From the human T2T-CHM13v2.0 reference genome, Homo sapiens, in NCBI RefSeq assembly GCF_009914755.1, contig NC_060925.1: a DNA stretch of 64,000 nucleotides. One strand, written 5' to 3'. This document shows, piece after piece, positions 16,129 to 31,260 of this stretch. Made by a program: the position numbers and the translations under genes. The notes under the pieces were generated by a model. It made no database searches. It saw nothing but the letters and a program-made list of their open reading frames with translations, and was not told where the DNA came from. Each line of letters starts with the position of its first letter. The first letter of the stretch is position 1.

Positions 16129-16142
16129 CCAGCAGATGGCAG
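16129..16142 (+). promoter_or_regulatory. Candidate CTCF site
   Basis: CCAGCAGATGGCAG fully matches core CCASYAGRKGGCRS; motif only. Confidence 0.45.
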
Positions 16143-16570
16143 AAGATGGATTTGCAAACAAGAGGACTTCATAAGGTTTGCTGCCCAGCAATGCAGCTCC
16201 AGGCCTAAAGTAGCCTTCCTAGCTCACAGACTGATGAGGATTAACCCTCGCCAACTCAAGTGTGCTCTCAGCTCTGTAGAAACTAAACTAATTCTGTTTT
16301 CCTTTGACCATTGTACACCACAGAGGCTGGCAATGGAGAATATAAAGAGTGGTGCAACAGAAAATACCTGGGTTCTAGGCTCAGCTCTGTCACCTCATTA
16401 GGATTCAGTTTGCCCATCTGTAAAGTAGTGACAAGATGAAATACCAAGTGTAACGTAATTAAAGGGCTGTTGTGATACCAAAATAACATAATGTGTAAAA
16501 GTGCTAAAAACAAGATGCCATAAAGCACAGAAGGGGCCCAGGAGAGATTAATTCATGGAGAACTTACTCG

Positions 16571-16867
<297 letters not shown>

Positions 16868-17433
16868 TAATGGATAACTTCTGCAAGAATCCAGGGTCAC
16901 GGTTGATTTGTTTATTCATTTATTCACTCAGCAAACATTTCTTTGTGCCAGGCATTGTGCTAGGTCCAGGGAATACTGCTTACGTTGGAGAAGTTCGCAT
17001 TCTAGTTTGGGTGGACAAACATGTGATAAAGATGTGTACAGGGCATAGTTTTCTCTCAGCAGCTAGGGTAACATTCCAACTCCATGTTTTGGTTTAAGAA
17101 ACACATTTGATTTTATTTAAAATATTATATATTTTCTCTTTTATTTCTTTTCCCTATTTACAATAAGGCTTACTTGCAAAATTAAGAAATACATTTGAGT
17201 GGGTAGTTCCCTTGGTAAAACATTTATATTTCCTTCTTAATTTCTTTGTAAAAGTCTACTCTTAAACACTACTATTTAGAGTTAAGTGAGAAAAGAAAAT
17301 TGCAGGACAGAATGCACAGAAAGATCTATTTATCTATCTACATAAAAACTGGAAGAATACACTCCCATACTGTTAACAGTGGCTACCTCTAGGGAAAGGG
17401 TGAAGTGATATTTGAAAAAATGGGGCTTTTACC

Positions 17434-18124
<691 letters not shown>

Positions 18125-19385
18125 TAAAAAAAGAACCGTAATATTTTTTCATGACCCTGTCCCAGAAAACTCTTCTGTACTCACATGGCTAACTCAAACA
18201 CTGTGGTGTACACTGCTGAGGGAGCTAGTTGTCTCTCTTTTTGAAAGAAAATTAAAAGGAAGAGGAAAGTCCATATTTATTTTCCTTTGTACTCTTGTAG
18301 AGGTCATCTAATCGGAAGTGTTCCAAGCTGCTTTAAAGCCCTTCTCCTCTTTAAAGTGGTTTACAAACATTAGCTCAGCACCCTTCAGGGCCTCATAGTG
18401 AGGCGGGCTCATATAAGAGGCTAGTGAGTCATAAGGAAGTGGCAGCTGTGGTTGCCATGTCAGTGGTCCTAATAACACCCCTAACATGTGTCTCTGGCTG
18501 TACTGTGCTCAAAGGGCTTTCTCCTGCATTATCTGGTGTAACCCTTCTATGACCCTTGGGAAGTCAGGTCAGTACTGCTATTCCTTTATTATATAACAGA
18601 TGGAGAAATCTATAATATAGGTTCTGGAAAGTGAAATGATAAGCCCAAGATGGGGAGGCCAGTCAGCATGAGGGTTTCACATCACTTATATGTCAATTAC
18701 TGCACAGCACAAAAGAGAGGATCACTAATGTCAAACCTCGTATAACATAACTTTGACATTGGGGAGGTAGGAGAGGGAGAAGAGCAAACAGTCTTTCTGC
18801 CTAATCTGCCCCTTTTTTTCTTTCCTCCCTTCTTTCTTTCTATCCTCCCTCCTTCATTCCCTCTCTGTTTCTACTCCATTGGGAAAAGAAGAGGTGAGGA
18901 AGAGGACCCTATTAGAGAAGTAAACAGATCATCACAATTCAGCAGCCAAGTTTTATGCAAATTTAAATTATGCCACAGATTTGAAGCAATGTGCCAAAAT
19001 ATATTAATCAAGTCTCATTTATATGCAAATATTGAAGAAAAGAGAAGCTTCTCACACTGTAAATTAGTCGAGTTTCTCCAGTTCAATACAGGAAGGCTGA
19101 GTGACTTGCAGGTGGTGTTCACACTTTTGCCACATGGGGACGCCACCACCGTTGGTAGCCGGACATACTGGCACTCCGTCAGGGTGGAATATGTGAGCAT
19201 TGCATAACACAAAGTTTCACTCACCCTCATCACTCAGCTTGAAAGGACCATTAACACAGTTTTCTCTCCCATTAAACTAAATTCCTCAAGGGCAAGCTTA
19301 GACTTATTCTTTTAAACCCCATCTCCTAGACCAGTGTCTGACATATAGTAACTTACCATTAAGATTTTTTTCTATTAAAAGTATT

Positions 19386-19564
19386 CTTTTTTTCTTTTCT
19401 TTTCTTTTCTTTTTTTTAAGACAGAGTCTTACTGTGTTGCCCAGGCTGGAGTGCAGTGGCGTGATCTCGGCTCCCTGCAACTTCCGCTTCCTGGGCTCAA
19501 GCGACTCTTGTGCCTCAGCCTTCCAAAGTGCTGGGATTAGAGGCGTGAGCCATTGTGCCCAGCC
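19386..19564 (-). mobile_element. Alu collapsed to monomer length, TSD retained
   Basis: gcctcagcc joins directly to ttccaaagtgctggg; TSD aaaagtattcttt on both sides. Confidence 0.9.
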
Positions 19565-20375
19565 TTAAAAAGTATTCTTAACACAAAAAATTTCAAATAT
19601 ATCCCAAAGTACAGACTATAATATAATGAATTCCCTTGTACTCATTATCCAGCTTCAACACCTACCAACTCATGGTCAATCATCTGTCCTCTATATACCC
19701 TATTTCTTAGAATCAAATACACAAATGTAAATATTTTGGTGTAAGACACTGTAAAAAAGAAAAGAAAAGGAATGTAATTGCTAGGCCTCTCTCACTGACT
19801 TTAAAATACCTGGGTGGGTGGCGGTGGGCAGAGTGGAGAGAAGGAGCATTTTTCTAGAGGTCGCAGCGTTTTGTGGAACAATTTCCTGTAATGGGAAAAA
19901 TTGAGACGGGTAAGAGGAAGGAATAATGATTATTACATGCCAAGTGTTGTGCATTATTATTTAATTTCACCTTTCTGGGAGATAGAGGTATGACGTACCC
20001 ATTTTAAAGATGAGGCTCAGAGATGTTGAGTGCTGTATCTTCAGCAAAGCTGGGATTGGAACCCAGCTGTGTGTGGCTTCAAGGTCTGTATTCTCCACCC
20101 TCTGATAGGACGAACTTGCAATGCATATCAAACCAAATCCACCCATGGTTTGAGGCTCTCCCTCCCGCCCATGTACCTAAATCCAGCTTCATTCATAGGG
20201 CCTTGGGGGACAAGCCCCTGAGGGTTACTCCAGCCCTTTGGAGAAGGGAGGGTTTCCATGCCCAGAGTGTCAAAGGGGAATTCAGTTTCTTATTCAACAG
20301 AGCTCATTTCCTCTTGTTGCTTGTCCTAAGAAAATGACTGCCTGGAGTCCCAGAGAATTTGTAAGTAAATTTGTA

Positions 20376-20726
<351 letters not shown>

Positions 20727-21837
20727 TTAAGCAATAAAACACACATACACTGGTTAGGATAAACCGTTTGTGGGAAAAATCTAAGAGATTGTGTTTAAGT
20801 GTGTTCTTGAATAGATTAGACTGGGTTTGATTGAGACTCTAAGGAAATAAACCAAGCCTCAATTACTTTTAGGGGAAGGAGACCCCATTGTAAGAGAAGG
20901 AAGCTGACCAGCCATGGCAGCTTGGAAAATGACAAGTCTCAGGGGCAAATGCTGGCAAGGCCTGTCCATTCAGTGTCCAGGCAAGAAGAAAGCTTGGCAA
21001 GCAGACCTGAGCAAAGAGGTTTGCCAGGCAAAGCAAACCCTCTAGTGGGTAAGAGCGCTTTGAGCAATTCAGCCGAAAGATAGGTCTTCTATTCAACCTT
21101 TGCCACAATTCCTTGCTCGCTCTTCTGGATAATTTGGCTTCTTGGGTATTCGTTTTTCAACAGGGAAAGAACAAAGTGCTCTGGCTTGTGTGAACTTCCA
21201 GTACTCTCGAAAGCTGATTTTCTCATTATAAATGAATAAATTGGCGTTCTGGTTATAACTTGGCTTCTCCAGTAATTTGCCTCCAGGGAGAGAATGGACT
21301 GATCTCCGTACTAGAGTGTTCTGTCTGCTTGCCAGCTTAACTTCGCTTTGTAAGCGAATAAATGGGCCTCCTGTAGTTATATATCGGCCTCTCAGGGGTG
21401 CCTGGTTAATGCCTGGTTTCCTGGGGAAGAAGGACCAGGTGAGAAGTGCCAACAAACAGGTCTCCTGGCCTGCAGGAGAGCAGGCTCCTCAAGTGAAGAA
21501 ATCATCAAGGCAATGAATGCGGTCTCCTGGGGTCTCTTGGGAGAGAGCTGGTGTCTGAACCACAGTGACACGTGGCCTTAACACGAGGAACTGAACCTTC
21601 ATGCCCCAAAGGAAGCAAGTTTGGATCCTTTAACCCCTAAGCAGGTTATTCCAGCTCAGTGAGAAGAATCCCTACTTTATTCCCATTGGCATGAGACGAA
21701 GAGGTTCTTGGAAGCAAAACTTTGCCATGTCGCTCCTTCCTTTAAAATCCCTTGACAGCCTCTTATTACTTGGAGTATAAAGTCCAAACTCCTTGGCAAG
21801 ACTTGCCTTTGTGACAGGAAAAATAAAAAAATTATTA

Positions 21838-22012
21838 CTACATGATTTCATCAAATCAAATCCCCTTATAGCTGTAAGGTGTTTTATTATGTGAAGTGCT
21901 AATTAATACTGTTGATGAAACTATGATATCCCATTGATCATAAAACACATCCAATTTCAAATAGACTAAAATATGAAAAATATTCAAATCTGAAAGTCAC
22001 TAAAATATGGTA
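21838..22012. mobile_element. TcMar-Tc2 MITE (MER104/Kanga-like)
   Basis: Degenerate inverted termini (tacatgatttcatcaaatc ... aaaatatggta) and internal similarity to recalled MER104. Confidence 0.5.
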
Positions 22013-22089
22013 TTTAAAATGAAAGCTGAGAGTTATAATTTTTCCCTTTTAGGGGAGAGATACAATTCACTTTAAAGAAAAATAATTCT

Positions 22090-22390
22090 GGCTAGGTGTG
22101 GTGGCTCACACATGTAATCCCAGCACTTTGGGAGGCTGAGGTGGGCAGATCACTTGAGGTCAGGAGTTTGAGACCAGCCGGGCCAACATGGCAAAACCCC
22201 ATCACTACTAAAATTACAAAAATTAGCCTGGCGTGGTGGTGGGCACCTGTAATCCCAGCTACTCGAGAGGCTGAGGCAGGCGAATAGCTTGAACCTGGGA
22301 GATGGAGGTTTCAGTGAGCCGAGATTGCACCACTGCACTCAAGTCTGGGTGACAGAGCGAGACTCCATCTCAAAAAAAAAAAAAAAAAAG
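22090..22390 (+). mobile_element. AluS
   Basis: Full Alu with poly(A); aattct flanks. Confidence 0.95.
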
Positions 22391-22699
22391 AATTCTGTTA
22401 TTTAGGAAAACACGGTGATGGATTTTACATTTTTGAGGAGGTATGGCCTATATGCTTAGGCTTGGATAAGTGAGAACAAGTGAGAGAGACAGAGAGAAAG
22501 AGAGAGAGAGCGAGAGAGAGAGGAATTGCTCTATACGGTAAGGAACTAGAGCTTTCCTTGCTGCCAGAACAGTGGGGATGGGGAGATGTGAGGAAGGTCT
22601 AGCTTCAGAGTAGTATTCTCTAGAATTACTTGGGAGTTTTCACATGCATGCCCAGCTGGCCCCACTTTCATAGATTCAGACTAAAATGATTTGAGATGA

Positions 22700-22999
<300 letters not shown>

Positions 23000-23786
23000 T
23001 GGGAATTGGTCTTTTTAAAAGCTTCTAGGAGATTGTAACTGGTGAGACGGAGGAGGTGGAGGGAGGTCACAGGTGCTTAAGAAGATAAAGCTGGCTGGTA
23101 AGAACCTTCCTATGGTGGAGGTGGCCTATGCAAGTTGGGGCCGCCACGGTCAGTGTTTAACTGTAAGTGGTTTTCTGTCTGTGCTGTGGCCTTCTTTGGC
23201 TCTCTCAAGCCTGCAGTGTGAGCTGGCCATCCCAGCACTCGGACGTTACTGGTGTTTTGGGGAATGGAGGAAGTGAGTTGCTGCCCAGAAAGGAAGATGC
23301 AGAGGACAGACTTCAGGGGCCGACTGCAGCAGCAGAGCTGAGAGCAGCGAGGGACAGAGGATCAGGGCCACAGAGCTCAGAGCCGGGAGAGCACCACCTC
23401 GCCTTAACCCCAGAACCACACCAAATCTTCAGGGATACTGGGCTTCCCGCTGTTGGTGGCATGGCTGTTTCAGCTTTTCCATTTGAATATTGAATGAAAG
23501 GATCATGCCTAAGGGCTTGAGGAACTGGGGACATTCAGAACCAACAGTGGTTTCATCATGTGTTTTATGATCTGGTTCCTGCCCACCTATCCTACCCACT
23601 CCACACCTATGGCCTCACCCTCACCTCTATCCTGGGCTGCTTGAAATAGCTATTCACCCTTAAAGACTCAGCCCAAGGTTTACCCGCTCTGAGAAACCTT
23701 TTCTTCCCCTCCCCTGTCTTTCACCCCGCTGGATGATTTCCTCCTGCTGCTCCGATGGATCACTGGCAGGCCTCCCAGCATGCCGC

Positions 23787-24310
23787 CGTTCTGGGTTGAA
23801 TTGTGTCCCCCCAAAAGATAAGCTGGAATCCTAACCCCTGGTGCCTTATGTGACCTTATCTGGAGATAAGGTCTTTATAAATGTTATCAAGTTAACATGA
23901 GGTCATGAGGGTGAGCTCTAATCCCATAGGACTGGTGTCCTTATACAAAGGGAGAAATCTGGGCACAGAGACAGACATGCACAGGGAGCAGGCCATGTGA
24001 AGATTAGAGTTGAGGTTTCCACAAGCCAAGGAACTACCAGAAGTAGGGGAGAGGCCTGGAGCAGATCCCTCTCCGGCTCCGCCAGAGGGGAGGAGTAGAG
24101 TACACCAAGAGAATAATTAACAGGGGAACCTGGCTAATTCCAGAAAGCTTTTCCAGGAAAGTGATGTTTGAGCTGAGCAGAGACGAATGGCCCTGCTGAC
24201 ACCTTGGTCTTGAACTTCTAGCCCGCAGAATGGTGAGATAGTAAAATTCTGTTTTTCTAAGCCATTCAGTCTGTGGTACTCTGTTATGGCAGGCCTAGCA
24301 AATTTATACA
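23787..24310 (+). mobile_element. MLT1A/B-like MaLR LTR with a ~95-bp foreign insert (24089-24183)
   Basis: gggttgaattgtgtccccccaaaagata ... ggcaggcctagcaaatttataca. Confidence 0.85.
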
Positions 24311-24676
24311 GCCTCTGACATGTCAGTGACTTCATGTTTTTAGGTCTGTTACCCCAACTAAGCTATAAACCCCTCAAAAGCAGAGACTGTCTTACTCACT
24401 TTTGCACTTCATCTAACACTGCCTAAATGTTTGTTGAATGAATCAGTGATTACAGTTCATCCCCAGTTTCCTGAATCTACTCTCAGAAACAGCACATGGT
24501 GGTAGAAAATGCCTGGTGCTTAGTTGGCAGCTGTTACCAGCTCTGCTGCCATCTGTCCATGACTGTCATCAATAACCACAGCAATGACAATGACCCCAGT
24601 TTCAGCTAGCATTCAGTGGGCATCAAACTATATGAGAATGCATTTATTCAGTCAGTCACTCGAAAACCATTGAGTG

Positions 24677-24783
24677 GTGCTCGCTTTGGCAGCACATATA
24701 CTAAAATTGGAGTGATACAGAGAACATTAGCATGGCCCTTGCACAAGGATGACATGCAAATTCGTGAAGTGTTTTATATTTTT
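24677..24783 (+). pseudogene. Full-length U6 snRNA retropseudogene (5' half of a U6/L1 chimera)
   Basis: gtgctcgctttggcagcacatatactaaaattgg...acagaga...ttcgtgaagtgttttatattttt; 107 nt, about 10 mismatches to U6; no recognisable U6 promoter upstream. Confidence 0.95.
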
Positions 24784-25280
24784 AAGACTTGTGCACAAAT
24801 ACCACAAGCAGCTTTATTTGAAATCGCAAAAACCTGGAAACAACCCAAATGTCTAATAACAGGTTAGTGGATAAACAAGTTGTGGTATACTGGTATATCC
24901 GTACAGTGGAATAATTCTTAGCAATGGAAAGGAATGAATTGTCCATATAGGCATCAACGTAGATGAACTCAAAATAATTATAAATGAAATAAGCTAGGTA
25001 AAAAATGAGTACATATTATATGATTCCATTTATATAAAATTCTAGAAAATGCAAGCTAATATATAATGACAGGAGCAAATCAATCATACCCTAGAAATGG
25101 GGAGAAGCAGAGGAATAGGAGAAAGAGATTACCAAGGGGCATAAGGAAACTCATGGGGGCGGTGGGTATATTCAATATCTTGATTCTGGTGATGGTTTCA
25201 AATTGTACACTTTAAATATGTTCAGTTTATTATATATCAATTATCTTCAACAAAGCTATTATAAAATAAAATAAAAAAAA
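24784..25280 (+). mobile_element. Old L1M (L1MD/MC-like) 3' end with A tail (3' half of the U6/L1 chimera)
   Basis: aagacttgtgcacaaat...ctggaaacaacccaaatgtc...aaattgtacactttaaatatg...aaagctatt then A-rich tail; TSD ccattgagtg encloses U6+L1. Confidence 0.88.
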
Positions 25281-25658
25281 GTCCATTGAGTGACTTGTAT
25301 GGGTCAGGTTCTGTGCTAAGAACTGAGGATAGAATGCTAACTAAGACCAGCCTGGTCCCAGCCTTCATGGAGTTTATAAACTAACAGGAGAGACGGATCA
25401 AGTAGTTGTATAATTACAATGGTGGCAAATACTAAAAGGAGAAGTAGAGTACAACAAGAGAATAATTAATGGGGAACCTGGCTACCCCAGAAAGCTTCTC
25501 AGAAAACGTGATGTTTGAGCTGAGCAGAGAGGGATTTGTGGAAATAAGTGAGGCAAAAAGGTAAGTGAGCATGTTCCCAGTAGAGGACACAGCATGTGTG
25601 AAACCTGTTCATTCAACAATCATCTACTGAGAACTTATGGCATAGGCAATTGTTCTAG

Positions 25659-26255
<597 letters not shown>

Positions 26256-26555
26256 TGAGTTAATTGCCACTGAACTAAAAAAGTGCTTTAGAGTTTAAAG
26301 AGTCTTTTAACATTCACAGCACTATTTTTCACTGCTATTAAATGGTGCAGTTGGTCTCAATAATCCTAAGAACTCTTCTGATAATAAAATGTTCTCAGCC
26401 TGTGAGTGGTCCAGTTTTAAGGCCAGCTTCACAGCTGTTGGCATTTTTCACCCAAGCCAGATTTTATGGTTCTTAAGTGGCAGGGTTGACTCTGCTGAGG
26501 AACCTCGGAAGGAAGAGACTGTGTCCTTCCTGTCCGGTGGTTGCCTCCTTTGCTT

Positions 26556-26570
26556 AGGTCATCATGACCT
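26556..26570. promoter_or_regulatory. Perfect 15-bp estrogen response element
   Basis: AGGTCA-tca-TGACCT in non-repeat DNA; motif only. Confidence 0.55.
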
Positions 26571-26683
26571 CCAGTCTGGGCTATTAAATGAGGAAAGAGC
26601 CACAGTCTAACTTCTATTGTTTAGGAAAACATTTTGACAGACTTTTGGTTGATAGAGGCAGATTCCATCTCTCTCTCTCTCTC

Positions 26684-27301
<618 letters not shown>

Positions 27302-27754
27302 TAGTTCATTGTAGAAAATAATATAAAATAAACGAAGTCAAATGAAAACTGAAAGTCATCCATAATCCCACCAACCAGAAATAACCAGGGTTTATATTTG
27401 TGTGGATTTCTTGCAGGCTTTGTTTCTGCAGATATACCTGGTATAGGTATGTATATGTATGTTTATAAAAATGAGATTATATAATATATGTCAATTTGCA
27501 ATGACTTAAATAAGCTTCAGATTTTATTACAAGCATCTTTCTATGTCAATAGATCTTCATTAACATCACTATTTTAAATTCAGGCCTGGCGTGGTATTAC
27601 AGCCTCCTGTATTTTCCGTTTCTAATTTCTCCCCACCCTGTGGCCAAATTAGTCCTCCCGAAGCATAACTTGGATCGTGTTACTCTCCTGTTGAAACCCT
27701 TTTAAATGTTTTCCACTCCCCATTTTCTATAGATATAGTCCAAATTACTTGACC

Positions 27755-27905
27755 AGGCTGGGTGCACTGGCTCACTCCTGTAATCTCAGCACTTAGGTAG
27801 GCCAAAGTGAGTGGATCACTTGAGCTCAGGAGTTTGAGACCAGTCTGGGAAACATAGCGAAACCCCTTCTCTAAAACAAAATGAAACAAAAAAATAAAAG
27901 CAAAC
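27755..27905 (+). mobile_element. FLAM/Alu left monomer inside L2
   Basis: Left arm plus A-rich tail; caaatta flanks. Confidence 0.85.
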
Positions 27906-29498
27906 AAACAAATTATTTCACCTGAAATTCTAGACCCTCCATGATACGACTCTGCCCCAACCTGCTTTTCCATGTTATCTTCCATTACTTTCCAAGCTGT
28001 ATCTGATGATCTAGGGAAAGCCTGATGCTTCCCAAGGATCTTGATACCTTTTCCCACCTCTGCTCAAGATGTCCCTTCCATTAGAATGCTGTCTCCTGCT
28101 ACTCCTCAGCTACAGGAACCCCAGGCCACCTCTCAGGTCTTGCTCAGATGCTACCTTCTTCAGATAGTCTTGTTTCTCTCCAGTAAGTGCACTAGGAACA
28201 GAGGTAAGTGCTTTTCTTTTCTTTTTTTTTCTTTTACAGGAAAAAAGATAATTTGCCACATCTTTGTCATTGTTTAAGACATACTTTCTTCTTTGGATGT
28301 GTGTGTGCATATACATGCACACACACACACATCACATTACACACATTATGATAAATTGTGCAAAGGAGGAGGCATTATGGGGAAGACTTAGAATTTGGGA
28401 CTTCACTCCCACTAATGCTTTTCTCATTTACAAAAATTGTTTTTACACATCTACATATCCATATAGATATAAGCTTAGATCTGTATATGTGCATATATAT
28501 GTATCTATGTGTATAGATACATATATAAAGATTTTAACAATTTATTTTCTATAGGTTGCCACTTTTAAGGTACAAGCTAATCTTCTTACAGCATTTATAG
28601 GTTTCAGTTGACCACGCATTTTAATAGGGAGCTTGCAAGGAAAAGATAACTGAGTCATGCCTTGTGTAAACCTATCAACCTCAGTTCAGAATCTGGCTCT
28701 CCTTGGTTTTGTGCTATTAGATTGACAAATACCTCTTAATAAATCTCCTGAGATTATGTAATTCAGTTTAGGGACTGTGAGACTCAACAACTGGATGAGA
28801 TGCTAGATGGTTTGCTGGTTGTGGGCAGCTCATATTGAACCAACTCAATTTCCTGGGTTAGCCCTTCAATGCATGCATTGGCATTCAAAGCCCAGACTCC
28901 CTTTAATGTCTGAGAAATTCAATTTCCTCAGCTTTTGAAGTCAACTCTGTGGGTGTACAGCATTTCAAAGCTGCAAAAACAGCAAAGAGGAGGACAGGAG
29001 GGACATTTTACCCAAGAGAAGTTCAGAGTTCCAATATTGTTCCTCATGGCTATTGACTGATTTAAGGGTTATCAGGGCATAAACATGCAATTCTCTCTCC
29101 CCCTGAGGCTGCCTTGCCAAGTTGCTTGGCTGACCTTCATCCATTGCAGATCCCATAAGCTTCAAGCTCCACATGGAAGAATCACTGCTGGGCATGACGG
29201 ATCATCTCCATGCTCTCCCTCAGCCTTTGTTCCTGTTGACAATGGTGTCATGAAGAATTTTTCTGGACTCCAGCTCCTGTCAGATTTAATTTTCTCTTTT
29301 TACTCTAGTGTCTCCCTGAGTGATCTCATCCACTCTCATGGCTTTTAATGCCACCTATACGGTGACCCCTCCCACATTTATATCTCCACATCAGATCTGT
29401 CTTCTGAGCCCAGATCCATGTGTCCAACCACCTACTTGTCATTGCCATCTGGATATTGGCCTGGCATCACAAACTCGACATGTTCAAAAGAAATTCAT

Positions 29499-29817
29499 GG
29501 CCTGGCGAAGTGGCTCATGCCTGTAATCCCAGCATTTTGGGAGGCTGAGGTGGGTGGATCACTTTTTGACCAGCCTGGCTAATATGGTGAAACCCCATTT
29601 CTACTAAAAAATACAAAAATTAGCCAGGCGTGGTCGTGGTGGGCACCTGTAATCCCAGCTACTCAGGAAGCTGAGGCATGAGAATTGCTTGAACCTAGGA
29701 GGTGGAGGTTACAGTGAGCCTGGGCAACAGAGACTCTGTCTCAAAAAAAAAAAAAAATCCAGCCTGAGAGACAGAGCAAGACTCCATCTCAAAAACAAAA
29801 ACAAAACCAAAACAAAA
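29499..29817 (+). mobile_element. Rearranged Alu with two 3' ends
   Basis: Internal deletions; ...tgtctc(A)n followed by tccagcctgagagacagagcaagactccatctc and a second A-rich tail. Confidence 0.88.
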
Positions 29818-30589
29818 CTGGAATTCACTGCCTTCTAAACTCGTTCCTCCTCTTGGATTTCCTATCCAGAGGATAACACCACCTGCTGCCTCGATACCCA
29901 AGGAAGAGACATTGGGAGGTGTCATCCACACCTCCTCTCCCTTTCACCTCCTCTGCACTCCCTCCCACTGCCTCACTGGATAATCATCAAGTTCTGCCAG
30001 TTCAATGCCTCCTGAAGAGTTCTCCCTATGCACATTGCTCTGCATTTTCACCACCAGCACCCTAGTCCAAGACCCCGGAGTCTCCTGCCTAGACTACTAC
30101 ATAAGCCTTCTAACTGGATCCTCCGCATCCATTTTTATGGAGGGGGTGGTGGTTAACACCATAGCTGCTCTATTTAGTCTTTGTAACAACCAGTTTAACC
30201 GACTGCCAGAGAATGTCATTAGGATATGCTGGTTCTCAGCTCCAAATTTGGAAAGCTAGGTTTACATACCCCATTTGAGCAAGTCTGATGGGTAATTTTG
30301 CTAGAATTCCCTACTTGACTTCTCCAAGCCAGAGACAGGTCCTGTAAGAAGTCTTACGAGGAATTATTTTCTCAGTATTCTAAATATTGAGAATTTTTAT
30401 TTTTAATATTGTCTCAATGGCACAGAGTGAGAATTGACGTAAGTGTCCGGAATTCCATGAGGCCGAGCATGCCAACTAGAGTTTGGTGGGCTTTAGGCAT
30501 TGGGACATACATGCTGGCCCACATATTCACCCTGCCCTATCCCCAACACTGTGACCTACAAGTATCTCTTTCCAAGGCTGTTTCCATGG

Positions 30590-30662
30590 CTGCTGCTCCT
30601 TCTCCTCCTCCTCTTCCTCCTCCTCCTGCTCCTCCCCCTCTTCTCTTTCTCTTTCTTCTCCT
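30590..30662. repeat. (CCT)n-like pyrimidine low-complexity tract
   Basis: Direct inspection. Confidence 0.85.
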
Positions 30663-30748
30663 TATAGCTAAAGTATAATTGCTATACAAAACCCTGCACT
30701 TATTTAAAATATATAATTTGATGCACAGGGCATATGCATACATCCATG

Positions 30749-31188
<440 letters not shown>

Positions 31189-31260
31189 ACATCCATTCTT
31201 GCTGTTCTCTAATCTGTTACATATAGCAGCCAGAGAGGATTTTTTTAAAACACAAATCTC

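Noticed and set aside
24677-24783. Functional U6 snRNA gene
   Set aside because: About 10 substitutions, no recognisable upstream promoter, fused to L1 inside a TSD.
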